This document shows positions 21,298 to 31,468 of a stretch of DNA of 64,000 nucleotides, piece after piece (within the stretch, counting starts at the first letter, position 1; every line of letters starts with the position of its first letter). Origin of the DNA: Armatimonadota bacterium (GTDB lineage: Bacteria; Vulcanimicrobiota; JACPDS01; JBDRKI01); NCBI GenBank assembly GCA_043814095.1, contig JBDRKI010000048.1, positions 1 to 64,000 on the forward strand, read 5' to 3'. A program made the translations under genes and the position numbers. The notes under the pieces are model-generated. The model did no database searches, was not told where the DNA came from, and worked only from the letters and a program-made list of their open reading frames with translations.

Positions 21298-22521
21298 TTA
21301 TACTCCGACCTTAATCTGCGCGAAATGCCTTGAGCCCACCTTCACAACCATGCCGCTGCGGGCAATAACATCCAGCTCAACGTCATTTACCCTTTCATTG
21401 TCTATAATAACGGCACCCTGGGAAACAAGCCTTCTTGCCTCGCGTTTGCTTTCCGCGAGTTCGGCAAGCATGAGCAGTTTAACAATCCAAACTTTCCCGT
21501 CTTTTAAATCGTCCCTGCCCAGGATAACCTCCCTTATGCTGGTAGGAAGCTCGCCGCGAGAAAATATTTTTTCAAACTCTTCTTCTGCTTTATTACCCGC
21601 TTCTTCGCTGTGATAAATCTTAATTATTTCTTTTGCCAGCCTTTTTTTAATATCCTTAGGATGGAGTGAGGAATTTTTTACTCCTTTTTCAAGCTCCGAG
21701 ATCTCATCTGCCGGCACATCCGTGCAGAGTTCGTAATATTTAAACATAACGCTGTCGGGTATGGACATTATCTTGCCGAACATATCGTCCGGAGATTCCG
21801 TTATCCCTATATAGTTGCCCAGAGACTTGCTCATTTTCTGGACACCGTCCAGTCCCTCCAGAATGGGCATAAAAAGGGCAACCTGGGGTTCCTGCGAATA
21901 TTCCCTCTGTAGCTCCCTGCCGACTAAAATATTAAACTTCTGATCAAGGCCGCCGAGCTCCACATCAGAATGAACCGCCACCGAATCATAACCCTGAAGA
22001 AGCGGGTACAAAATTTCGTGCATGCCTATGGGATGGCTTTCTTTATAACGCTTCTCAAAATCATCCCTTTCAAGTATCCTTGCCACCGTATATTTGGAAG
22101 TAAGCTGGACCATATCAAGAAGAGTCATCTTGGAAAGCCATGAACTGTTGTACACGACTTCGGTTTTATTGGGATCCAGTATCCTGGAAAACTGCAGCAT
22201 GTAAGTTTTCGCGTTTTCGTCAATCTCGCGTTTTGTAAGCATGGGCCTTGTTACCGAACGCCCCGAAGGGTCGCCGATAAGAGCCGTAAAATCGCCGATT
22301 ATAAGGACAACATGGTGTCCTAAATCCTGGAATGCGCGGAGTTTCCGCAGCACAACCGCAAAGCCAAGATGAACATCGGGCGCGGTGGGATCTATGCCCA
22401 GTTTTATCCTTAAGGGCTTTTCTTCCTTGCGGCTTTTTAAAAGCTTCTTTTTTAATTCATCACCGCTTATAATCTCAAGCGTTCCCCGCTTTATTATATC
22501 CATCTGTTTATCTATATCCAT
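21298..22521 (-). CDS. tyrS: Tyrosine--tRNA ligase
   Basis: GIDPTAPDVHLG, KMSKS and C-terminal S4 domain; GGAGG RBS supports start at 22521. Confidence 0.97.
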   Translation of the reverse strand: MDIDKQMDIIKRGTLEIISGDELKKKLLKSRKEEKPLRIKLGIDPTAPDVHLGFAVVLRKLRAFQDLGHHVVLIIGDFTALIGDPSGRSVTRPMLTKREIDENAKTYMLQFSRILDPNKTEVVYNSSWLSKMTLLDMVQLTSKYTVARILERDDFEKRYKESHPIGMHEILYPLLQGYDSVAVHSDVELGGLDQKFNILVGRELQREYSQEPQVALFMPILEGLDGVQKMSKSLGNYIGITESPDDMFGKIMSIPDSVMFKYYELCTDVPADEISELEKGVKNSSLHPKDIKKRLAKEIIKIYHSEEAGNKAEEEFEKIFSRGELPTSIREVILGRDDLKDGKVWIVKLLMLAELAESKREARRLVSQGAVIIDNERVNDVELDVIARSGMVVKVGSRHFAQIKVGV

Positions 22522-22535
22522 ACAAACCTCCGAAA

Positions 22536-23108
22536 TCATAAAAACGGATTGCCGTCTTTTTCTTCTTCTATGGTTGTCTCGGGCCCGTGACCCGGATATA
22601 CTTTATAACTACCGTCTAATGAAGTAAGTTCTTTCAGGGAATTTTCCATCTTGCCCATATCCCCGCCGGGAAGATCAACCCTGCCTATGCCCCGGCAGAA
22701 AAGAGTATCTCCAGAAAAAATAACTTTCTCTTTTTCAAATACAATACAGACCGAACCGGGACTGTGTCCCGGAGTGCTTAATGCTTTATACTCGAGGCCG
22801 CCGACTTTATAAACTCCGCCGTCTTTTAATTTTACGTCAACCGGCAGATTATTATAATTAATTTCCTTTTCTCCCATATAAATACCGGCGCCTGTTTTTT
22901 CCTTCAACTCAACAGCCGCGCCCGTATGATCGGGATGATTGTGTGTAATAATAACCTGTTTTACTTTAAAACCGTTTTTCTCTGTTTCTTTTAAGATTTT
23001 ATCAATTTCATCCCCGGGATCAATTACTGCCGCGTCCTTTGTTCCATCATCCGCGATAATACAGCAGTTTGTTTCCAGCATGCCGACCGGCAATATTTTA
23101 ATTACCAT
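22536..23108 (-). CDS. MBL-fold metallo-hydrolase (glyoxalase II-like)
   Basis: THNHPDH, TPGHSPG, GDTLF and YPGHG motifs; true start most likely MVIKIL at 23108 (AGAGAGG RBS). Confidence 0.88.
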   Translation of the reverse strand: MVIKILPVGMLETNCCIIADDGTKDAAVIDPGDEIDKILKETEKNGFKVKQVIITHNHPDHTGAAVELKEKTGAGIYMGEKEINYNNLPVDVKLKDGGVYKVGGLEYKALSTPGHSPGSVCIVFEKEKVIFSGDTLFCRGIGRVDLPGGDMGKMENSLKELTSLDGSYKVYPGHGPETTIEEEKDGNPFL

Positions 23109-23484
23109 TGTAACCTCTCTCTTTTTCGGATTTCGCCACCATAAAATGCACGAACTTAGCTCTATGCAGCTGAACCGCAAATCTTGTTGCTCTGGGAACG
23201 GAATCTTTCGCTTTTTCTTTGAACTCTTCTTCCATTTTTTGAGCAATTTCCGAAACCGTAAGATCTCCGTCGGCGTGCTTCCAGAAAAAAGAACCCAGTT
23301 CATCAAGATGAATAAACGTGGCTCTCGGAGTCTTAAGGTACTTCTGGCACAGCTTATCTATAAAAGAATCCCTGGTCTTTTCTATATCAACAAGCCCTTC
23401 TTCGTTTTCTTTCCATGAAAACTGCGGGTTTCTCATTACCTTAATCCTTGACCAGTCCGTTGTTACGGCTTTTTCCTGTTTCAT
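23098..23484 (-). CDS. PqqD-family (RiPP recognition element-like) protein
   Basis: LDELGSFFW..ADG..TV.EI pattern typical of stand-alone PqqD-family proteins. Confidence 0.7.
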   Translation of the reverse strand: MKQEKAVTTDWSRIKVMRNPQFSWKENEEGLVDIEKTRDSFIDKLCQKYLKTPRATFIHLDELGSFFWKHADGDLTVSEIAQKMEEEFKEKAKDSVPRATRFAVQLHRAKFVHFMVAKSEKERGYNGN

Positions 23485-23507
23485 AATGCCAACCCCCGTA
23501 AATTATT

Positions 23508-23957
23508 TTAAAATAGTTTTTTTGAATCAAGAAGTACAGTCACGGGCCCGTCATTTATAAGTTCCACGGACATATGGGCCGCGAACACGCCTTCCCCGAC
23601 ATTTAACCCGCTTTTTTTGATCTCATCAACAAAAAACCTGTAAAGGTTATTGGCTTTCTCCGGATCCGCAGCCCGGGTAAAATCAGGGCGCCTCCCCCTT
23701 CTTACATCGCCAAGCAGCGTAAACTGGGAAACAACAAGTATCTCCCCTTTTACGTCGAGACAGGAAAGGTTCATTTTGTCATTCCCGTCTTTAAAAACAC
23801 GCAGGTTTAAAATTTTATCAATAAGATACAAAGCGTCTTTTTCTTCATCGTCCTGAGCTGCCCCCAGAAGAACAAGAAATCCGCTGCCTATTATCCCCGT
23901 AACTTTTCCGTCAACCGTGACTTTAGATTCTTTTACTTTTTGAACAACAGCTCTCAT
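23508..23957 (-). CDS. dtd: D-aminoacyl-tRNA deacylase
   Basis: MRAVVQ, VSQFTL, GRRPDF and NDGPVT motifs. Confidence 0.96.
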   Translation of the reverse strand: MRAVVQKVKESKVTVDGKVTGIIGSGFLVLLGAAQDDEEKDALYLIDKILNLRVFKDGNDKMNLSCLDVKGEILVVSQFTLLGDVRRGRRPDFTRAADPEKANNLYRFFVDEIKKSGLNVGEGVFAAHMSVELINDGPVTVLLDSKKLF

Positions 23958-23968
23958 AACAACCAGCC

Positions 23969-26161
23969 TTATTTGATATGCGTCACTCTTCTTACGTCTA
24001 TTACGTCTTTTTGCTTTTTAATCTCATCCATAATGCCTTTAAGTTCTTTAACGTTTTTAACCTCCAGGCATATTTTTATCTGCGCTCTTTCCTTTTTTGC
24101 CACCGCAAGGCAGCTGTCTGCAGATATTTTTCTCTCATTTAAAACACTCATAATATCGGATAAAAGCCCCGACCTGTCCCATGCTTCTATTTCAATCTCA
24201 ATGCCGGCAAAGACGCCCTTAAAATCAGGATTCCATTTAATCTCCACCAGTCTTTCCTTCTGGCTGGCAAGGGATTTTAAATTTATGCAGTTTTCCCTGT
24301 GAACCGATATGCCTTTGCCCAGAGTTACATATCCTTTTATCTTGTCGCCGTAAACAGGAGAACAGCACTTAGAGAAACGGACAAGAACATTTTCAAGCCC
24401 GGGCACTATAACCGCATCCCCGTATTTGCGGCGTCTTTTTTTTGTTTTGGGAGCTGAAATCATTTTTTCAATTTCTTCTTTGGGAAGCTCGTCTTTAAAC
24501 CGCATCAAGACCGTTGATAAATTAACTTCCCCGTAACCCAGAGCCGCATAAAAATCATCTAAAGAGGTAAATTTAAGACCTTTTGAAATCTTTTTAATTA
24601 TATCATCCGAATCCAGTATTTTCTCAAGACGCTGTTTTTTAAGTTCTTTCTGCAGAAGCTCCCTGCCCAGCGCGATGTTGTCTTCTCTTTTCTCTTTTTT
24701 AATCCACTGTTTTATCTTTGTCTTGGCATGACTTGTCTTACATATCTTAAGCCAGTCCAGGTTCGGGCCGCTGTTTTTCGCGGTTATTATCTCAATTATA
24801 TCACCTGTCTGGAGCTGGTAATCAAGGGGGACTATTTTCGTATTGACTTTGGCCCCCACGCATTTGTGGCCTATATCCGTATGAATTCTATACGCGAAAT
24901 CTATGGGAGTCGCGCCCATGGGAAGATCTATAACATCCGATTTGGGGGTAAAGACAAATATCTGGGTTTTTAATAAATCATCTTTTAAATTCTTTATATA
25001 ATCACGGGCGGTTGTAGCGCCTTCCTGAGAATCAAGAAGTATATTGATAAGGGGAAGTATCTCTTTGCTGAGCGCGAGATTGTGCCCGCCTTCCTTATAC
25101 GCCCAGTGAGCGGCAATGCCGTACTCGTTAACTTCGTGCATCTCCTGGGTTCTTATCTGCACTTCCAGAGGCTGGCTGCCCGGACCGTAAACTGTTGTGT
25201 GCAGGGAACGGTAATTGTTGGGTTTGGGCATGGCTATATAATCTTTTATCCTGTCCATTAGAGGCATCCACAGGCTGTGAATAATACCCAGAGAGCCGTA
25301 GCATTCTTCAATAGTACCGACTATAATCCTGACAGCGAAAAGATCATAAACTTCCTTGAACTCTATGCCTTTATTTTTCATTTTTAAATATATGCTGTAT
25401 AAATGCTTGGGGCGCCCTTCAATTTTCACGTGAATATCCGATTCCTCAAGCTTCTTTTTAACAGTATTGCATACCCCGTGTATTACTTTTTCTCTTTCCG
25501 CTCTTTTTGAGGCGAGCTTGTCTTCAAGCTCCTCATACATCTCCGGCTCAAGATAATGAAATGAAAGATCTTCAAGCTCCCATTTTATATGCCATAAACC
25601 CAGCCTTGAAGCTATCGGAGCGAATATATCAAGGGTTTCTTTTGAGATAATCTTTCTTTTAGTCGAAGGAAGAGACCCTAAAGTGCGCATGTTATGCAGG
25701 CGGTCGGCTATTTTTATAAGGATAACCCTTATATCATCGGCCATGGCCATAAAAATCTTGCGCAGATTTTTCGCCCTGTTTTCTTCTTTGAATACTCTCT
25801 TTTTCTTTATCCCCGGCTCTCTTTCCAGATCTTCTTTAGAGACGCTCATTGCCGAAAGTTTCGTTACTCCGTCAACCAGATTCGCGACATCATTGCCGAA
25901 CATCTCCCTCACTTCATTAAGAGTTGCGGGCGTATCCTCAACAATATCATGCAGGAGCGACGCGGCGATCGTAACCTCATCCATCTTTAATTCGGCCAGA
26001 ATATTAGCCACGCTGAAAGGATGTTCAATGTACGGTTCGCCGGAAGCCCTTATCTGGTTCTCGTGAAAAAGGCAGGCGTAATGGTACGCGCTTTTTATTA
26101 AATCTATATTAGCTTCGGGATAATATTCTTTAACTTTGCTTGTTATTGTCCTTATATTCAC
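23969..26161 (-). CDS. relA: Bifunctional (p)ppGpp synthetase/hydrolase Rel
   Basis: SGEPYI.HP, HD, ADRLHNMRTL, RPKH, GIAAHW motifs plus TGS and ACT domains; GTG start. Confidence 0.96.
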   Translation of the reverse strand: MNIRTITSKVKEYYPEANIDLIKSAYHYACLFHENQIRASGEPYIEHPFSVANILAELKMDEVTIAASLLHDIVEDTPATLNEVREMFGNDVANLVDGVTKLSAMSVSKEDLEREPGIKKKRVFKEENRAKNLRKIFMAMADDIRVILIKIADRLHNMRTLGSLPSTKRKIISKETLDIFAPIASRLGLWHIKWELEDLSFHYLEPEMYEELEDKLASKRAEREKVIHGVCNTVKKKLEESDIHVKIEGRPKHLYSIYLKMKNKGIEFKEVYDLFAVRIIVGTIEECYGSLGIIHSLWMPLMDRIKDYIAMPKPNNYRSLHTTVYGPGSQPLEVQIRTQEMHEVNEYGIAAHWAYKEGGHNLALSKEILPLINILLDSQEGATTARDYIKNLKDDLLKTQIFVFTPKSDVIDLPMGATPIDFAYRIHTDIGHKCVGAKVNTKIVPLDYQLQTGDIIEIITAKNSGPNLDWLKICKTSHAKTKIKQWIKKEKREDNIALGRELLQKELKKQRLEKILDSDDIIKKISKGLKFTSLDDFYAALGYGEVNLSTVLMRFKDELPKEEIEKMISAPKTKKRRRKYGDAVIVPGLENVLVRFSKCCSPVYGDKIKGYVTLGKGISVHRENCINLKSLASQKERLVEIKWNPDFKGVFAGIEIEIEAWDRSGLLSDIMSVLNERKISADSCLAVAKKERAQIKICLEVKNVKELKGIMDEIKKQKDVIDVRRVTHIK

Positions 26162-26333
26162 CGCAACCTCATAATAATTATATATATAGTTTAATAAGAT
26201 TTCTAAAGCTACTGTAATTTATCCTTTTTTTGCATAAATTTATTATACTTATTAAAAGTTAATAAAATATTGACATTTGTTAATAATCCGGCAAAAAAAA
26301 GATTGTTATAATTAGGGCAGGAGTTAAAATAAT

Positions 26334-26363
26334 TGCAGGGACGGGCCTCAGCCTGTCCCTGCA
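26334..26363 (-). terminator. GC-rich hairpin downstream of the lipoprotein gene
   Basis: TGCAGGGACGGGC-CTCA-GCCTGTCCCTGCA. Confidence 0.55.
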
Positions 26364-26392
26364 TATTTATTTTTAATACTTATAAAATATGA

Positions 26393-28333
26393 TTAATTAA
26401 TTTCCGCATTCGGCCCGTAATGAAGTATTGTGCCGCCTGAACCTACCGCAAACACATCTGACGAACCCGAACCCCATACGCCGTAAAGACAGTTTGTCGT
26501 ACCTGAAGCCATTGCGGACCAACTGGTTCCGTCATAATGGATGATTGTGCCGTCCTGGCCTACCGCAAATACATCGGTAGGCGATGAACCCCATACCGCA
26601 TAAAGATTTCTCGTGGTAATACCGGCCGATGTATCTGTAATCCAGTTTGTGCCGTCATAACGAAGTATCGTGCCGCCTTCCCCGACTACAAATATATTTC
26701 CGCTTGATGTGCCCCATATCCCTCTGAGGGGGTTTGAAATCACCGACGGATACTGCGGATACTCTGTCCACTGCTGGTTATTATAACGGAGTATCTTTCC
26801 GCTGGTGCCTTCAAAATTGCCACCGACTATATATACATTATCCGCCGACGTGCCCCAGACCGCGTAACAGATATTCGGAGGAACTATGGGGGAAATATAC
26901 ATATCTGTCCATTCCCCGTTATAACTTTTCATTATCTTTCCATTATTATACTTATTATTTCCTACAGCATATATATTATTGTTAGATGAAGCGCCCCATA
27001 TACCTCTGATATGGGCGATGCCGTTTACTGATCCGAAATTCCACATATTGTCGCTATAAGAAAGAAACGGCGAATTATCATTCGTATAATCCGTTCCTCC
27101 CGCATACACTAATTGAGGAGAACCGCCCCATACCGAACAAAGCTCGCTAGCTGTAGGCACATTCTTTGCTATCCATGCCGCTCCGTTATAATGGGAGGCT
27201 ATTTTTTGAGAACCCACAATTCCCGCACCCACAGCAATTACATTGTTAGAAGCAAAACCGTATACAGCCATAAGATCGCCTGCGTTTGCGGGAGCATCCA
27301 TCGCGGCCCAGTTATAATCGGTGGAAACGGTAAAAACAACGCCGTTGGAAGCTCTGTTATTAACCGTAACGACCACATTGCCGGTTGAAGCCGTAGTAGG
27401 CACAACACAGGTAATCCGCGTGTCCGACCAGCTTGTTACCAGAGCGGCGGCGCCGTTAAATGTTACACTAGAAGTTGTAGCCTGCTGTGAGCCGAAATTA
27501 CGTCCCGTTATCGCAACGGCAGTGCCGTAAGTACCGGCAGCCGGGTCTAATGCGGTTATATAAGGGCCGGTAGCGCTCGTGGAAACTGTAAAAGGAACGC
27601 TGTTTGACGCCGTGCCGTTTACGGTAACAACCACATTGCCCGTTGAAGCTCCCGTAGGAACGGAACATATAATCCTGCTGTTTGTCCATGATGTTACAGT
27701 GATCGCCTCGATCCCGTTGAATTTGACCGTGGAACTTCCCTGATTATCGCCGAAGTTATACCCGTCAATTATGACCGCAACTCCTACCTGTCCGCTTGTC
27801 GGATTTAATTTTGTAATCTGCGGGTTAGTAGTATCTCCCGTTTGGGTCGGAACTACGGCATCGCTTTTTCCTATAAAACTGTACCCGAAAGTACCGCTTG
27901 CAAGAGTAACCAGCGCCTGGTCATTATCACCGGCTTTAATTACAACATCGGTTGTTCCGTATCCTATCTCGGTACCCACGGTATCATACGCCTGGCTCAC
28001 TACTGTCACTGCCCCTATGGGAATGCCGTTTATGGTAACTGTTTCGGTTGAGTTTGAGGCATTCCGCCTTATAATAATGGCGTTAACTTCACGGTTATAA
28101 ACGGTTGTGCCCGCATCCCGTGCAACCGTGCATACATTAACTTTTAAGCTGTAAGTGTTTTCAAGCACTGTTGTCTTGGCTGATGAAGGCCAGTTTACGG
28201 TAACAGTCATGCTGCCCGTATCGCCTCTGGCTGCATTGCTTGAAGAAGTTCCTCCGAAAAGGCCGCCGGACCCGCAGCTTGATAAAAAAACGGCTAAAAT
28301 TAAAAGGAATACAAATAAAGCGAGTTTTTTCAT
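26393..28333 (-). CDS. Lipoprotein with two IPT/TIG domains and a C-terminal beta-propeller
   Basis: Lipobox LSSC; two G.NFG…V.FNG…SW…I.C.VP..A.TGNVVVTVN repeats; repeated L..VWG.S..(D/N)VFAVG blades. Confidence 0.8.
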   Translation of the reverse strand: MKKLALFVFLLILAVFLSSCGSGGLFGGTSSSNAARGDTGSMTVTVNWPSSAKTTVLENTYSLKVNVCTVARDAGTTVYNREVNAIIIRRNASNSTETVTINGIPIGAVTVVSQAYDTVGTEIGYGTTDVVIKAGDNDQALVTLASGTFGYSFIGKSDAVVPTQTGDTTNPQITKLNPTSGQVGVAVIIDGYNFGDNQGSSTVKFNGIEAITVTSWTNSRIICSVPTGASTGNVVVTVNGTASNSVPFTVSTSATGPYITALDPAAGTYGTAVAITGRNFGSQQATTSSVTFNGAAALVTSWSDTRITCVVPTTASTGNVVVTVNNRASNGVVFTVSTDYNWAAMDAPANAGDLMAVYGFASNNVIAVGAGIVGSQKIASHYNGAAWIAKNVPTASELCSVWGGSPQLVYAGGTDYTNDNSPFLSYSDNMWNFGSVNGIAHIRGIWGASSNNNIYAVGNNKYNNGKIMKSYNGEWTDMYISPIVPPNICYAVWGTSADNVYIVGGNFEGTSGKILRYNNQQWTEYPQYPSVISNPLRGIWGTSSGNIFVVGEGGTILRYDGTNWITDTSAGITTRNLYAVWGSSPTDVFAVGQDGTIIHYDGTSWSAMASGTTNCLYGVWGSGSSDVFAVGSGGTILHYGPNAEIN

Positions 28334-28411
28334 AAAAACCTCTGAATGTTTAATTTTATTATCCCTTTCATTTTCCCTGTTTATTTATAAATTCCTTTAT
28401 AATTTTTATAC

Positions 28412-28441
28412 AAAAAAATCCCGAGGTAACCGCGGGATTTT
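28412..28441 (-). terminator. Terminator after tRNA-Met
   Basis: AAAATCCCG…CGGGATTTT hairpin with a U-tail on the minus strand. Confidence 0.7.
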
Positions 28442-28451
28442 ATTCCTTCTA

Positions 28452-28526
28452 TGGTGGCGAGGAGAGGATTCGAACCTCTGACCAAGGGCTTATGAGTCCC
28501 CTGCTCTACCCCTGAGCTACCCCGCC
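28452..28526 (-). tRNA. tRNA-Met (CAT), elongator type
   Basis: GGCGGGG…CTCATAA…GGTTCGAATCC…CGCCACCA. The 1-72 pair is intact, so it is not the initiator; Ile2 is not fully excluded. Confidence 0.9.
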
Positions 28527-28653
28527 GGTTATTTTTTAAAAGTAGAATTAGACATTATTATACTTAACCCTTTATTTGGTGTCAATAATAATATTTAAAT
28601 CCATTAATATTACAAGGTTTTTTAAAATTATAGTAGAATTATAAAATAAGGTT

Positions 28654-30339
28654 ATGAAATTTTTATCTAACAGCAAACAAAAACAATCCGGGTTCTCACT
28701 TGTAGAGCTCAATGTTGCTATTGTGTTATTCCTTCTTTCCGCTGTAGCTATTATAGGCATCCTTACTTTCTGCACCGCAGGCGCGAAAAAATCAACGGAG
28801 CTCGCACAGTGCGTACAGCTTGCCCAGCGTAAAATGGCTGAAACAATATGCCTCGGAGCCGATGATATAAAAGACGCCGCAGTTCCTGCGGCATTCCCTT
28901 CTCCTTTTGAAAGATATGCTTACACCGTACGGAAGATCAAACCCACAGATACCAGATTAAGTGATTTTGTTGAAGTATGCGTTACCGTAAAGAGCCCCAC
29001 GGGAACAAAAACGGAACTGGTGACTTTAAAAAACTCAAAAGAGGCGCCATCCACCTGGGCAAAATTATTCAGTAAAAAAAACGCACGGAATGCCGATGTC
29101 AAAAAAATAATACAAACCAAAGACGGCGGATACCTTGTTATAATCAGCTTTAATTATCCTGGTAAATCAAGCAGACCTTGGATATTAAAGCTTAATCCCG
29201 ACGGGTCAGTTGCCTGGGAAAAAGAATACGACGTTGGCCGTGGATTCCACAATCTCACTTCCGTTTGTGAAAATGAAGACGGGAGTTTTACCGCAATAGG
29301 AACCTCCGATAAATTCGGAGGAGACAGGGAATGCGGATGGATTATTAAACTCAACCCCGACGGATCAACCGCATGGGAAAAATTATACGGCACCCGGGGA
29401 GCAACAACCGCTAATTACCTGAATACTATCCAACGAACATCAGACGGCGGGTATATTGCCTCAGGCGACATTTGTTATGACTATTATTCTTCATATAAAA
29501 AAACCCGCGGTTGGCAGGACGGATGGGTCGTTAAATTCAGATCTGACGGTTCGATTCAATGGCAGAAGGCCTACGGGGGGTCGGAAACTGACATGATCCA
29601 TTCTGCCCGGCAAACATCCGACGGGGGATATATTATGACAATTTATGACTCTTCTTCCGGAGCCGCTTGGACCAGTCGGCTTTGTGTCATGAAGCTAAAT
29701 TCTGACGGCTCTGTTTCCTGGCAGAAAAAATATGAAGGAGTAGATGCAAGTTCCTCTCAAATACTACAAACCGATAACGGTGACTATACCGTAATGGGCC
29801 AGGCCCGGGACACTAACAACAAAATCTGCCCGTGGATTGCAAAACTTACATCAAACGGCAACATTAAATGGCAAAAATTATACGGCAGGGAAACATACGG
29901 AAACTATAAACGTATCTTTTCTTTAGAACCGACATCTGACGGCAGCTATATCGCCGCGGGAGGTTTTCAAATAGCAACTAAAGTTGGTAGTTATTTCAGA
30001 AGCAATCGAGAGGCATGGATTCTTAAAATTGATTCAAACGGTTATCCCGTATGGCAGAAAGCGCTCGGCAGCCCCCTTGTTGCAGAAGGATACGGGGGCT
30101 GGGATGAGGGCAAATTCGCACAACAGATATCCGACGGCGGATATATTATGGGCGGACCATACGATGATCAAGTTGCGCGTAAAACAGAGGGCTGGGTCGT
30201 TAAATTTGATTCCAAAGGAAATACCACTCTCAACCCCGGCGCGGTAATGATAGACACTACAACACCTGTTTATAACGCATCTATAAGCCCGCGCAATAAC
30301 AACCTAACGGTAATTAACACTAACGCGACATCCCGTTAA
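28654..30339 (+). CDS. Type IV prepilin-like protein (PilV-like N-terminus) fused to a beta-propeller
   Basis: QSG|FSLVE prepilin cleavage/methylation motif and hydrophobic helix; repeated T.DGGYI…W(I/V).K…DG…W.K.YG blades. Confidence 0.8.
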   Translation: MKFLSNSKQKQSGFSLVELNVAIVLFLLSAVAIIGILTFCTAGAKKSTELAQCVQLAQRKMAETICLGADDIKDAAVPAAFPSPFERYAYTVRKIKPTDTRLSDFVEVCVTVKSPTGTKTELVTLKNSKEAPSTWAKLFSKKNARNADVKKIIQTKDGGYLVIISFNYPGKSSRPWILKLNPDGSVAWEKEYDVGRGFHNLTSVCENEDGSFTAIGTSDKFGGDRECGWIIKLNPDGSTAWEKLYGTRGATTANYLNTIQRTSDGGYIASGDICYDYYSSYKKTRGWQDGWVVKFRSDGSIQWQKAYGGSETDMIHSARQTSDGGYIMTIYDSSSGAAWTSRLCVMKLNSDGSVSWQKKYEGVDASSSQILQTDNGDYTVMGQARDTNNKICPWIAKLTSNGNIKWQKLYGRETYGNYKRIFSLEPTSDGSYIAAGGFQIATKVGSYFRSNREAWILKIDSNGYPVWQKALGSPLVAEGYGGWDEGKFAQQISDGGYIMGGPYDDQVARKTEGWVVKFDSKGNTTLNPGAVMIDTTTPVYNASISPRNNNLTVINTNATSR

Positions 30340-30351
30340 AAATTTTTGCGT

Positions 30352-31461
30352 CTACACCCCGCTGAATGTGCCTATCATCTCATAAAGAGGCATAAGAAGG
30401 GCAAAGAGTATAAAACCTACCACAACACCCAGTATTGATATAATTAAAGGTTCAAGAATTGTGCTCATGTTATCAAGGAAATTCCTTGCGTCAACTTCAT
30501 AATAATGCGCCGCGCTGTCAAGTATCATGGGGAGCTCCCCTGTATCCTCGCCTGTTGCTATCATATTGACAACGATACGGGGAAAAAGATGTTCCTTTGC
30601 CAGAGCGCCGGCAATGGTGTCCCCTTCCGAAACATTTTTTAAAGCGTTTTCTATATCTTCTTTGTAATACGCGTTATCCACAATATCTTCCAGGAGCTTC
30701 ATTGACTGCGCGAACGAAAGCCCGCTTGAATACAGAAGAGAAAAAGACCTGCAGAAGCGCGCCATAATTATTTTAGACATAATTTTATTTACTACGGGAA
30801 TATTTAACATAATAGCGTCTTTAACCATCTTCCCTTTTTCTGTTTTCATATACCGGCTCCATAAAACTATACAACCGACAACCAGCAATAACAGTACAAA
30901 AAATTTCCAACCGCTTAAAATATCGTTAATCCCGATAAGAATTCTCGTGGGCAGGGGAAGCTTCATCCCGAAATTAGCAAACATCGGGAGAAAACCGGGC
31001 AGAACACATTTAATGATAACTAAAACAACCAGTATGGAACTTATAAAAACAATGGCGGGATATGTTAAAGCGGCTATACACTGATTACGCATCTTGACGT
31101 CTTCTTCAAGCTCGCGGGCCAGTTTTACCATTGCTTCGGGCAGAGAACCGGAAGTCTCGCCGCATTTAACCGTGGCTATATAAAGAGACGAAAAAACATC
31201 TCTGTGGTACGAAAGAGCCTGCGAAAAAGATGCCCCCTGGGCCAGGATGCGCAGCTTTATATCTTCTGTTACTTCTAATAATCTTTTATTATCGGTCTGC
31301 GCCATAAGAACATCTATTGCCGAGGCTATATGGATACCGCTTGATAAAAGGGTGGACATCTGCCTTGTAAAGATCGCCATCTCTTTAAGCGGAACCTTTT
31401 TCTTTGCTTTAAATAAAGAAGTAAGTTTTTCTTTTGTTTCTTTTTTCATTTGAGTGATCAT
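30352..31461 (-). CDS. pilC: Type IV pilus/T2SS inner-membrane platform protein (PilC/GspF)
   Basis: FTRQMSTLLSSG, GETSGSL, ALTYP, GEDTGEL and LEP motifs. Confidence 0.9.
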   Translation of the reverse strand: MITQMKKETKEKLTSLFKAKKKVPLKEMAIFTRQMSTLLSSGIHIASAIDVLMAQTDNKRLLEVTEDIKLRILAQGASFSQALSYHRDVFSSLYIATVKCGETSGSLPEAMVKLARELEEDVKMRNQCIAALTYPAIVFISSILVVLVIIKCVLPGFLPMFANFGMKLPLPTRILIGINDILSGWKFFVLLLLVVGCIVLWSRYMKTEKGKMVKDAIMLNIPVVNKIMSKIIMARFCRSFSLLYSSGLSFAQSMKLLEDIVDNAYYKEDIENALKNVSEGDTIAGALAKEHLFPRIVVNMIATGEDTGELPMILDSAAHYYEVDARNFLDNMSTILEPLIISILGVVVGFILFALLMPLYEMIGTFSGV

Positions 31462-31468
31462 AACTTAT

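Noticed and set aside
23109-23306. N-terminal extension of the MBL ORF in the ORF track
   Set aside because: It overlaps the PqqD-like gene in another frame; an RBS supports the start at 23108.
26334-26363. REP-like palindrome family
   Set aside because: Single copy in the window, positioned like a terminator; no associated RAYT transposase.
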